Source: Bacteroidota bacterium (lineage in GTDB: Bacteria > Bacteroidota > Bacteroidia > B-17B0 > Aurantibacillaceae). From it: a stretch of 64,000 bases of DNA. A program made the translations under genes and the position numbers. Positions 38,583 to 51,400 of the stretch are shown piece by piece. Within the stretch, counting starts at the first letter, position 1, and each line of letters opens with the position of its first letter. The stretch lies in the NCBI GenBank assembly GCA_021155905.1, contig JAJNBG010000025.1:11664-75663 (forward strand), written 5' to 3'. Below the pieces are notes generated by a model. That model did no database searches and was not told the DNA's origin. It worked only from the letters and a program-made list of their open reading frames with translations.

Positions 38583-41500
38583 ATGTTAACGTTCCTGAAG
38601 AAATTTTTTGGTACAAAATCAGAAAAAGATATTAAAACCATTCAACCGCTGGTTGATCAAACATTAGAAATATATCCATCCCTCGCTAAATTATCCAACG
38701 ATGAATTAAGGGCAAAAGTTGATGGCCTGAAGAAAAAAATTCAGGATGCTATCCAAAAAGAACAAACAGAAATCAATGATATTAAAAGCCGTGTGGAAAA
38801 GGATTTTGAGATGGACATTGATACCAAGGAATCCCTTTATAAAGAAGTAGATGAACTTGAAAAAACCATTACAACAAAAATAGAAGAAGTGTTGAATGAA
38901 ATCTTACCGGAAGCTTATGCTATCCTGAAAGATACATCCCGCCGCTTTTCGGAAAATGAAGAATTACTGGTAACAGCGAATGAATTTGACACTAAATTAG
39001 CGAAGACGCATAAGAACATTGAAATTCGCAGCGGACAAGCTGCTTGGAAAAACAAATGGATCGCGGCAGGAACTGAAGTACTGTGGAACATGGTACATTA
39101 CGATGTTCAGTTAATTGGTGGAACCGTATTACACCAGGGGAAAATTTCAGAGATGGCCACAGGTGAAGGTAAAACATTGGTTTCTACTTTGCCGGTTTTC
39201 TTAAATGCATTATCCGGTAGAGGCGTGCATGTAGTAACCGTGAATAATTATTTAGCAAAGCGTGATAGTGAATGGAATGCGCCTTTATTTCAATTCCATG
39301 GTTTAAGCGTAGATTGTATTGACAAGCATGATCCTAATACCGAAGAGCGAAGACAAGCCTATTTAGCAGATATTACTTACGGAACAAATAACGAATTTGG
39401 TTTTGATTATTTACGCGATAATATGGCACGTGAATTATCTGACCTGGTTCAGCGTAAACATAATTTTGCGATCGTGGATGAGGTCGATTCAGTTTTAATT
39501 GATGATGCCAGAACGCCCTTGATTATTTCAGGACCTACTCCGACAGGTGATAAGCATGAGTTCATGGAATTTAAACCGCGTGTGGAAAAATTACTGGCTG
39601 CACAAAAATCGTTTGTGCAATTATGTTTAACCGATGCCAAGCGTCTATTTGCAGAAGGAAATGAGAAAGAAGCCGGCATCCCTTTATTAAGAGCGTACCG
39701 CGGATTACCGAAGAATGGCGCCTTAATTAAATTCTTAAGTGAGCCGGGTGTAAAAGCTTTACTACAAAAAACTGAAAATTTTTACATGCAGGACCAGCAA
39801 AAGGAAATGCATAAAATAGACGTGGATTTGTTTTTTGTGATTGACGAAAAAAATAATTCCGTTGATATGACTGAAAAGGGAATTGACCTGATCACCGGAA
39901 CAACAGATGATCCCCATTTCTTTATCATACCGAATGTAGGTGGTGAAATTGCTGATCTTGAAAAGAAAACATTTGAAGACCCGAAAGAAAAAGCATTATT
40001 GAAAGAATCGCTTATGCGTGACTTCAGCGTGAAAAGTGAGCGGATTCATACGGTTAATCAATTATTAAAAGCATACTCTTTGTTTGAAATTGATCAGGAA
40101 TATGTGATTGCTGACGGACAAATTAAAATTGTGGATGAGCAGACAGGCCGTATCATGGAAGGTCGTCGTTACAGCGATGGTTTACACCAGGCTTTAGAGG
40201 CGAAAGAAAATGTTAAGATCGAAGCAGCCACTCAAACCTATGCAACGGTTACCTTACAGAATTATTTCCGTATGTATAACAAGTTGGCGGGTATGACAGG
40301 TACAGCTGAGACCGAAGCCAATGAGTTCTGGGACATTTACAAACTTGATGTAGTGGTGATTCCAACGAATCGTGCGATTTCAAGAAAAGATGAGCAGGAT
40401 TTGGTTTACAAAACCAAGCGTGAAAAATATAATGCAGTAATTGAAGAAACAGCAAAATTAGTAGCGGCAGGGCGACCTGTGTTAGTTGGTACTACCAGCG
40501 TTGAGATTTCCGAGTTATTAAGCCGTATGCTTAAACTAAGGGGAATTAAGCATAATGTATTAAATGCCAAATTGCACCAGAAAGAAGCGGACATTGTTGC
40601 GGAAGCTGGTCAGGCAGGTACTGTAACCATTGCAACCAATATGGCAGGTCGTGGTACCGATATTAAGTTAGGGCCTGGTGTAAAAGATGCGGGCGGTTTA
40701 GCCATTATCGGAACAGAACGCCACGAATCTCGTCGTGTTGACAGGCAGTTACGTGGTCGTGCCGGTCGTCAGGGAGATCCGGGAAGTTCCCAGTTCTTCG
40801 TTTCATTGGAAGATAATTTAATGAATCTATTGAGCGTGCTCAGAAAAAAGTAGAAGAGAATCATTTTGGTACACGTAAGCGCTTAATTGAATACGATGAC
40901 GTTATGAACGCTCAACGTGATGTGGTTTATAAACGCCGTCGCAATGCCTTAAACGGAGACAGGATCAGTATTGATATTGCCAACATGATTTATGAAGTGG
41001 CTGAGAGTATTGTTACTGAATTCCATGTATTGAGAGATTTCCAGGGCTTTACATTTGAATGCATCAAAAACTTCGGAATAGAATCTCCTTTTACAGAAAA
41101 AGAATTTCTATCAGGTAAAGAAGAAGATTTGATCCAGAAATTATTTGAAGCGGGAGAACATCACTACAGAACTAAATCAGCTGAAATTGCTGAGATGGCA
41201 TTCCCGGTGGTAAGGGATGTTTATACTAATCCGAATAATAATTTCGAGAATATTGTAACACCATTTACTGACGGTGTCAGAGGCATCCAGGTAATGGCCA
41301 ATCTCAAAAAATCATTTGATACAAAAGGACGTGAACTGGTATCTGTTTTTGAAAAAACAGTGATCCTGGCCATGATCGACGATTCCTGGAAAGAGCATTT
41401 ACGTGAAATGGATGATTTAAAGCAATCCGTTCAGAATGCTTCTTTGGAACAAAAAGATCCGTTGGTTGTTTACAAATTGGAGTCGTTCAATCTTTTCAGG

Positions 41501-41806
41501 GAAATGATTGCAAAAACAAGCAAAGACATTATTTCATTCCTTATGAAAGGTGGCTTGCCTATCGAAGATAACAATCAGGATAAACCTAAATTACAAAAAG
41601 CACAGTTTACGCAGGAACAGGTTCAGCAAAGACCTAAAGAAAAACTCATCGAAAGCAGAAGCGAAGAAGAGGCGCAGGAGCAACAAGAACCTCAAAAAAT
41701 AAAGCAACAACCGATTAGAGTAGAACAAAAAATAGGCAGAAATGATCCTTGTCCTTGTGGCAGCGGTAAAAAATATAAAAACTGCCACGGTGTAGGAGTG
41801 GCATAA
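38583..41806 (+). pseudogene. secA: preprotein translocase ATPase SecA, reading frame interrupted (fragments 38583..40853 and 40826/40904..41806)
   Basis: Identity is certain: 'HYDVQLIGG', '[11 protein letters not shown]', '[20 protein letters not shown]', 'MTGTAETEA', '[10 protein letters not shown]', '[13 protein letters not shown]' and the zinc-finger tail '[14 protein letters not shown]'. The frame breaks after 'SLEDNLM', and '[15 protein letters not shown]..' resumes in another frame with about 30 conserved codons absent. Confidence refers to the gene call; whether the lesion is real is open. Confidence 0.85.
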
Positions 41807-41825
41807 ATTCTCTAAGAAAAAAATG

Positions 41826-41856
41826 GCCGCCTGTTAACTACAAGGCGGCTTTTTTC
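41826..41856 (+). terminator. Rho-independent terminator of secA
   Basis: GCCGCCT (41826-41832) pairs with AGGCGGC (41843-41849) around a 10-nt loop, followed by TTTTTT. Confidence 0.8.
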
Positions 41857-42010
41857 ATTTCATCCCTTAATTAAAACCCTCAACTTTTTTCATAAATTAC
41901 TGAATTTCAATAATTTATGTTTTTAGACGAGAAAGTCGGATCTCGTTTGTTAAAAACATGTTAATAATTGTAGTATTTTTATAACTTTATAATATACTTA
42001 ATATTCTACT

Positions 42011-42457
42011 ATGAGGTTAAAACTATTTTTATCCGTTTTGTTTTTTTGCACCATTACTAAAGCTCAAACCAACATCGAGTTGAAGGATTTTATTAATAAA
42101 AATACCGGTGCCATTAGAACCATACAAAAGAATATGCTTCGCGAAAATAACAGCAGTTATGTTTCCTCTTTTAAAGAGATCGTTAAAAACCAGGAAGCTT
42201 CGGTAAAGCTATATAGCACTGATAAAAAAGCCAGTGCGCATTTTGCTTTTTTAGTGAGAACAGAATGTTTAGATTATCTAAAAAAACATACTCAAAACAC
42301 CGCAAGCTATTTTGAGATAACAGAATTAGAAAGGACTTTTGACAGATCTTCAGGTGAAAGTAACAAAATCCTTTCGCCTTCAGAGTTTAAAAGCATTGAT
42401 GATATGGATGCAATAAATCCCCAAAGTCTTAACTCTCTTAACTTAATCGTTCAATAA
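42011..42457 (+). CDS. small secreted helical protein, function unknown, first gene of the adhesin cluster
   Basis: 148 aa with signal peptide 'LFLSVLFFCTITKAQ'. The stop lies 8 nt before the adhesin ATG. Confidence 0.6.
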   Translation: MRLKLFLSVLFFCTITKAQTNIELKDFINKNTGAIRTIQKNMLRENNSSYVSSFKEIVKNQEASVKLYSTDKKASAHFAFLVRTECLDYLKKHTQNTASYFEITELERTFDRSSGESNKILSPSEFKSIDDMDAINPQSLNSLNLIVQ

Positions 42458-42465
42458 ATACCTAT

Positions 42466-45400
42466 ATGAAGTTTTTTACGAAATCTTTCAGAGCGCTTTT
42501 ATGTGTTGTGCTTATACAACAGCTTGGTTTTGCTCAAACCTGTCCTACCTCAAGCATTACGGCCAGTTCAAATACAACCATATGCAGCGGACAATGTGCT
42601 AATTTAAACGCAAGTGTTACGGCCTTAAGAACAACCTCGACATATACTGTTGGAGCAACACCCTATGCGCCATTTTCATTTACGGCAGGCACTTCTATTA
42701 TTGGAGCTATTGACGATACATGGAGTTCTGCTCTGAATATAGGATTTAACTTTTGTTATTTTGGAAATACCTTTAACCAATTAAAAATAGGCAGTAACGG
42801 TGAAATTACATTTGACCTTACAGTTGTTTCTAACACTCCGGGTTCTGAATTCTACACTATAAATAACGCCTTACCTAATTTAATTGAACATGCTCCTAAT
42901 ACGATTTGTGGGCCATACAGGGACATTGACCCTTCAGCTTATATTCCTGCAACGGTTACTTACACCACAACAGGTGTAGCTCCCTGCAGACGATTTATTG
43001 CAAGTTGGAATGATGTTCCGTTATGGGCATGTAATACCGTTACACCTAGAGCTACATTTCAGATAGTACTATATGAGAAGTCCAATATCATTGATATGTA
43101 TATACAAAATAGTTTGGGATCATGTTCACCGGGGAACAATATTCCAGGTTTAATTGGTATTCAAAACGCGTTGGGAACTATTGCGGTCACTCCTCCCGGA
43201 AGAAACAGTACAACGGCGGTGTGGACTGGAACTAATGAAGCGTGGCGATTTACACCAACCGGCGCTCCGACCTTCACCGTTGCATGGGCCGGCCCCAATG
43301 GATTTACCGCTTCAGGCCTAACAGCTGCTCCCTGCCCTACTGCTACCAGTAGTTATACAGCAACAATGACAGAATCTAATTGTGGTGGTGGCACATCAAC
43401 TTATACAAGCGCAGTTCAGGTATCAGTTACTCCAACCCCAACTATTTTAGCGACGGCGAGTCCGACGACGATTTGCAGAGGTGCTTCTTCAACTTTAACA
43501 GCAAGTGGCGCTACTTCTTATACGTGGATGCCTGGTTCATTAACCGGAAGTTCAATTACTGTTACGCCAACTGTAACTACTACCTATACTGTTACCGGAA
43601 GAAATGGTTCCTGTACATCAACACGCACCGTTAGTGTAATAGTTAATCCCAATCCTAATGTTACAGCCACACGTAGCCCGAGTTTAATTTGTGGCGCCGG
43701 CTCATCCACACTAACAGCCTCCGGAGCATCTACCTATTCATGGAATCCTGTTGGTTTAACAGGAAATCCAGTGGTAGTTACCCCGACAGCAACCACAGTT
43801 TATACAGTGATTGGAACCAGTACCTTAGGTTGTATAGGAACACGGACTTTAAATGTAATTGTGAGTCCAAGTCCAACAATAACTGCTTCTTCATCAGCGG
43901 CTACTGTTTGCGCAAATAGTACTGTTTCCCTGATGGGAAGTGGAGGAACTTCATACACGTGGACTCCCGGTTCAATAACAGGAGCAACTGTGGTGGTTAC
44001 ACCAACTGCAAGTACGACCTACACGGTCAGAGGAAGAAATGCCGCAGGTTGCATTGCAACCAATACCATTACTATTAATGTAACGCCCGGAATAACAGTC
44101 ACTCCGGTAGCCTCTCCTACTGCTATATGTAGCGGATCATCTTCAACACTCACAGCATCAGGTGCAGTGACCTACACCTGGAACCCTGGTGCTTTAACAG
44201 GAGCTACTGTAGTTGTTACACCGACTGTTAATACAACTTATACCGTTATTGGAGTTGGTGCCACCGGCTGTTCCAATACCAGAACTGTGACCGTTGCCGT
44301 TAGAACTCCGACACTGACAGCAACAAGAAATCCATCTGTTCTTTGTATAGGAAATACGGCCACATTAACTGCTACAGGAGCGAGTACCTATACCTGGAAT
44401 CCGGGAGCATTAATAGGCAATACAGTGACTGTTACTCCAACAGTTACCACTATTTATACGGTTACCGGTACCAATACACTTGGTTGTACGGCTACACGAA
44501 CATTAAATATGCCCGTAAGCCCTACACCTACTATTACACCGTCAGCATCTTCTTCTACCATTTGCTCCGGATCATCCACAACTTTAACAGCGAGCGGCGC
44601 TGCAACTTATACATGGATGCCTGGTACATTAACCGGTTCAGCTGCCGTGGTGAGTCCTACTGCAAACACAACTTATACAGTTACCGGTAGAAATGCGGCT
44701 GGCTGTACTTCAAATTCTACTATCACTATTAATGTAAATCCTTCTGTAACCCTTACACCTGCTGCTTCACCAACCATTATTTGTCGTGGCAACTCATCTA
44801 CCTTAACAGTGAGTGGTGCCAGTACTTATACATGGATGCCGGGTACATTAACAGGAAGTAATGTTGTGGTTTCTCCTACAGTAACAACTACCTACTCAGT
44901 AACCGGAACTGCTACAACAGGATGTACGAGAACTGCTACTTTAACAGTCAATGTATCTACTATTTCAGTTAATGCTACAAGTAATCCTCCTATTTTATGC
45001 TCAACGTCCTCGGCAACATTAACAGGAACCGGTGCTTTAACCTATACCTGGAATCCAGGAGGTGTAACCGGAAATACCATTGTGGTTTCGCCAACAGCTA
45101 CCACAATATATACACTCACCGGAACTAATGCCATCGGATGTACTGCCACAAGAACTTTAAATCTTGTGGTTGGAGTAACGCCAACGGTTACGGCGTCTGC
45201 GTCATCTACCGTATTATGTTCGGGAGCGACTGTAACCTTAACCAGTAGCGGAGCAACAACTTATACCTGGTTTCCAGGTTCTGTTGTCGGCGCTACCATA
45301 ACCAGAACACCAACCGCTAGTACAACCTATACGGTAAGAGGAAGAAATGCGTCAGGATGCATCGGGACAAATACTGTCTTTGTCCAGGTAAATCCAAGTC

Positions 45401-48400
45401 CAACAGTTACAGCTGTAAGTAACCCTTCGGTAGTATGCCCGGGAATTTCAGCAACTCTAACCGCCAGCGGAGCATCCACTTACACATGGAATCCAGGCGG
45501 CGTAACAACCAATACGATAGCTGTAAGCCCAACCGTAACAACAATATATACTGTTGCGGCGACTTCTTCACTGGGGTGCTCATCAAGCTCAACTGTTAAC
45601 CTTAAAATTACTCCAAACCCAACAGTAATCGCAACCGCTTCACCAACCGCTATCTGTTTCGGTTCTTCTACTACCTTAACTGGTTCAGGTGCCTCATCAT
45701 ATACATGGAACCCGGGCGCTTTAACAGGAGCCAGTGTAGCTGTTAGTCCAACGACCAGCACTGTATATACTGTTACGGGAACTAATGCAGGCTGTTCAAA
45801 TACAACCACCGTTTCAATCACAGTTAATTCAAATCCTACCATCACTGCTACTTCTTCTACTACTTCTGTTTGTCGGGGGGCATCAGCAACACTAACAGGC
45901 GCAGGAGGCATTACTTATACATGGATGCCAGGTGGTACTTCAGGAACTACAATTTCTGTTACTCCGACTGTAACTACAACCTATTCAGTTACCGGCACAA
46001 ACGCTGCAGGATGTACCAATACGAACACCGTTACTTTAACAGTAAACCCAATCCCGACTATTACGGCCGTTTCTAATCCAACCATCTTATGTATAGGATC
46101 AACAGCTACTTTAACCGGTTCCGGTGCATCTACGTATACCTGGAATCCGGGTGCTTTATCAGGAACTACTGTTGCAGTTACACCATCTACAACAACTGTG
46201 TATACGGTAGCAGGTACTTCTACGTTAGGTTGTACTAATACAAGAACCATCAGCTTAACTGTATCTAATCCTACAATCAATGCAGTATCTAACCCTACTG
46301 TTTTATGTGCAGGATCATCTGCCACATTAACCGGTTCTGGAGCTTCCACATATACCTGGAACCCGGGTGCTTTATCCGGCGCGACAGTTGCGGTGACTCC
46401 AACCGCCACAACTGTTTATACTGTTGTGGGAACCACGACACTGGGTTGTACTGCGACAAGAACTTTAAACCTGACAGTCAGTCCTAATCCAACAGTTACT
46501 GCATCTTCTTCGCCTACAGCTATTTGCGCGGGATCGTCTGCGACATTAACCGGATCTGGCGCTACCTCTTATACCTGGAATCCCGGTGCAACAACAGGAA
46601 TAACTACAGTTGTTTCTCCTACAGCTACCACTGTTTATACTGTAACAGGAGTAACCGGATCTTGTTCTAACACAAATACAGTTTCCGTAACAGTGAACGC
46701 AAACCCAACTGTAACTGCAGTTTCTAATCCTACAATTTTATGTATTGGATCCACAGCAACGTTAACCGGTTCAGGCGCTTCTACTTATACCTGGAACCCT
46801 GGCGCATTATCCGGAATCACCGTCGCCGTAACGCCAACAACCACTACTATCTATACAGTATCTGGAACTTCTGCTTCAGGTTGTTCTAACACGAATACCA
46901 TTAGCTTAACAGTTAGTCCAAATCCGACGGTAACGGCTACTGCATCTTCTACTGCAATTTGTCCGGGGTCATCGGTAACCTTAACTGGATTTGGTGCATC
47001 CTCTTATACCTGGAATCCGGGAGCATTAACAGGATCAACAGTAAGTGTTAGCCCTTTAACCAATACGGCTTATACTGTAACAGGCGCCAATGCTGCTGGA
47101 TGTACCTCAACCGGTACCATTGCTATTACCATCATTGCCACTCCAACAATTATTGCTTCTGTATCTCCTACAGTAATTTGTCCGGGAAGCACTTCAACAT
47201 TGACAGCCAGCGGAGCTACTTCGTATACATGGAATCCGGGAGCATTAACCGGTTCTTCTGTTTCTGTAACTCCTGCAACGACAACTACATATTCTGTGGT
47301 TGGAACAAATACGCTGGGTTGTGCTACAACGCAAACTGTTTTATTAACAGTTAATTCGAATCCAACCATTACAGTCACGAGTAACCCAACTGTTATCTGT
47401 TCGGGCGGTGGCGCTACGTTAACTGCTAATGGAGGTTCAACTTATACCTGGAATCCGGGAGCAATATCCGGAACAACAATTTCCGTGACACCAACTATCA
47501 CTACAACCTACTCTGTTACCGGAACAAGTACCCTGGGCTGTATTAATACAACAACCTTCAGTTTAGTTGTTAGTACAAATCCAACAGTTACCGCTTCTTC
47601 ATCAGCTACAACAATTTGTGCCGGTTCATCAGCTACACTAACAGGTTCAGGCGCCACTTCCTATACATGGAATCCCGGAGTATTAACGGGGTCAATAGTA
47701 ACTGTTAGTCCTTTAATCAATACGACATATACTGTAACAGGTGCAAACGCTGCTGGTTGTTTCTCTACAAATACCATTACTATTAATACGATTTCAAGTC
47801 CAACTGTTACGGCCTCCGCATCACCAACTTCCATTTGTGTCGGAAGCATTTCCACACTAACCGCTAATGGCGCAACTTCCTATACATGGAATCCAGGAGC
47901 ATTAACCGGTTCTTCCGTTTCTGTATCGCCTACAGTCACTACAACTTATTCAGTGATAGGAACAAATACATTAGGATGTATGACTACACAAACTGTTTTA
48001 TTAACTGTAAACTCAACTCCTACCATAACTGCAAGCAGTAACCCATCAGTTATTTGTTCTGGTGGTGGTGCAACACTCACCGCAAACGGTGGTTCCACTT
48101 ATACCTGGAGCCCGGGTTCAATTACAGGGACAACAATTTCTGTGACACCAACTATTACAACAACTTATTCAGTTACAGGCACGAACATCTCCGGATGTAG
48201 CAATACAACAACCATCAATGTGGCAGTAAGCACAAATCCAACATTAACTGCCACTTCCTCGCCAACCAGTATCTGTGCAGGATCAAGCGCCACTTTAACA
48301 GGCTCCGGCGCAACTTCCTACACATGGAGTCCAGGAGCTATAACAGGAACAACAGCAGTGGTCAGCCCAACCTCCACTACCAATTATACTTTAACAGGCG

Positions 48401-51400
48401 CTAACGCATTAGGCTGTGTTTCAACTGCCACTGTTGATGTGACTGTAACGCCTTCGCTTTCTATTACTGCAATGAGTACCAATACATTGATCTGTAGCGG
48501 CAATTCAGTAGTATTATCCGCTCTTGGGGCAACATCTTATACCTGGAATCCTGGGAATACAAATGGTCCGTTAGTGATTGTTTCTCCATCCGTTACTACA
48601 ATCTATACTGTAACAGGTAATAATGGCGGAACTTGTTCAGGTTCAGCCACTATTCAAATCAATGTAAATCCTACACCAACCGTTACTGCAACCAGTAATC
48701 CAACCATATTATGTAGTGGAGGCTCTGCTACTTTAACAGCAAGCGGTGCAACAAATTATATCTGGAACCCGGGCGCTGTTATTGGCTCTTCTATCGTTGT
48801 CACCCCTTCTGTTACAACAGATTACACGGTAACCGGTGTAACCGGCGCTTGTAGTAATTCGTTAACATTAAACTTAGTTGTTGGAACGAATCCGACTGTA
48901 ACAGCAACCGCATCTTCTGATACCATTTGTGTTGGATCAAGCGCCACCTTAACCGGAAGCGGAGCGGCTACCTATACATGGAACCCTGGATCATTAACAG
49001 GAACAACCGTAACGGTTACTCCTGCTATAAACACAACATATACTGTTAGTGGAGATAATGGATCAGGATGTGTTGTTAACCAAACAGTTTCTATCAATGT
49101 AAATGCAGCGCCTTCAGTTTCAGTTGCATCCACAGCTACTGCGTTATGCGGTACAGGATCTGTTACTCTAACAGCAAGCGGCGCATCAACTTATACCTGG
49201 AACCCGACATCTGCAACTACAGCTACCATTGTTGATACACCTACTATCACTACAACTTATACCGTTACAGGATCTGACGCTATTGGATGTACAAATACTC
49301 AAACAATGACTATTACTATTGGAAATCCTTCCATTACTGTGATAAGTTCTCCTACTGTATTATGTATTGGTAGTACAGCAACATTAAGTGCAAGTGGAGC
49401 TTCATCTTATACATGGAATCCAGGCACTTTAACGGGAGCCAACGTAAGTGTAACACCAACTGTTACTACTAATTATACTGTAACAGGAACGGATGCCTTT
49501 GGTTGTTCCGCTACACAAACCATTAATTTAGTGGTAAGTAATCCAACCATATCAGCAACGGCCTCTTCCAATACAATTTGTGCGGGCAGCTCTGCAACAT
49601 TAACAGGTAGCGGCCCAGCCAGTTATACCTGGAACCCGGGAAGCTTAACCGGTAACTCAGTAGTAGTTTCTCCTACCATAACCACAACCTACACAATAAC
49701 ACGTGTAAATGCAGCCGGATGTACCGCCAGTAACACTATTGTTATTAATGTGAATGCGACACCATCTGTTTCAATTGCAGCAACATCCACTGCACTATGC
49801 AGCTCAGGTTCTGTAACGTTAACGGCGAGCGGCGCTTCTACTTATACATGGGGCCCGTCACTTGCAACTACAACTACCATTGTTGATACACCTACTATTA
49901 CTACAACCTATTCAGTAACCGGTTCGGATGCCTTGGGTTGTACAAATACGCAAACGATAACTGTTACTATTGGAAATCCTACTGTAACAGTTGCCGCTAC
50001 TTCCACTTTACTTTGTCCTGGCGCAACCGCTACTTTAACAGCCAGCGGCGCAACTACTTATACATGGAACCCGGGTGCTTTAACAGGAGCGAGCGTTGCT
50101 GTTACTCCTACAACCACAACGACTTATACTGTTGATGGAGACAATGGTTCATGCCTAGGAACACAAACCATTACTTTAATCGTTAGTCCTAATCCAACAG
50201 TTACAATCAGCGCATCATCAAATACTATATGTGCAGGAACCTCAGCAACTTTAACTGCGGGTGGAGCTTCCACTTATACATGGAACCCGGGTACATTAAC
50301 AGGAACCAGTGTTGCTGTTACTCCTGCCATTACTACTACTTATACCGTAGATGGTGGTAATGGTGCAGGTTGCATTGCCAGTAACACTATCGTTATTAAT
50401 GTGAATGCAGCGCCTTCTGTTTCAATTGCGGCTTCATCTACTTCATTATGCGCTTCAGGTTCTGTAACGTTGACTGCAAGTGGCGCTTCTACTTATACAT
50501 GGAACCCGACATTGGCGACTACTTCCAGTATTGTAGATACACCAACCATAACAACTACTTATTCGGTAACTGGTTCCGATGCAATTGGATGTACAGCAAC
50601 TCAAACAATAACCATTACAATTGGAAATCCCACTATAACAGTTGCGGCTACTTCTACTGTACTTTGTCCTGGAGCTACATCAACCTTAACAGCCAGCGGT
50701 GCAACTTCTTATACATGGAACCCGGGTGCTCTAACAGGTACCAGCGTTGCTGTTACTCCAACAACCACCACAACCTATACTGTGGATGGAGACAATGGTT
50801 CATGTATCGAAACACAAACCATTACTTTAGTAGTTAGCCCTAATCCAACAGTTACTGCAAGCGCATCGTCTAATACTATTTGTGCAGGAACGTCAGCAAC
50901 CTTAACTGCAAGCGGCGCTTCTTCTTATACATGGAACCCGGGTGCTTTAACAGGAACTAACGTTGTTGTTACTCCGACTATTACCACAACTTATACTGTA
51001 GACGGTGATAATGGTATTGGTTGTATTGCCAGCGAGACAATTACAATTAATGTCAATACCGCGCCATCTGTTTCAATTGCGGCTACTCCAACAATATTAT
51101 GTGCGCCTGGTTCTGTTACTTTAACTGCAAGCGGTGCCACTTCTTACACATGGAACCCGACATCTGCAACTACTGCCAGCATCGTTGATGCCCCAAGTAT
51201 GACAACTACTTACACTGTAACGGGTGCAGACGCTTTCGGTTGTTCTGATACACAAACGTTAACTATTAATGTTGGCTCTCCTGTTATTAATCTATCAAGT
51301 ACTTCAGCAGGAATATGTATCGGAGCAAGTGCAACCTTAACGGCCAATGGAGCTACATCTTATACATGGAATCCCGGTGCTTTAACAGGTACCAGCATTA

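Noticed and set aside
40811-40830. Programmed ribosomal frameshift as an explanation for the secA frame change.
   Set aside because: There is no X XXY YYZ slippery heptamer or downstream structure at the junction. About 30 conserved codons are physically missing, and frameshifting cannot restore them.
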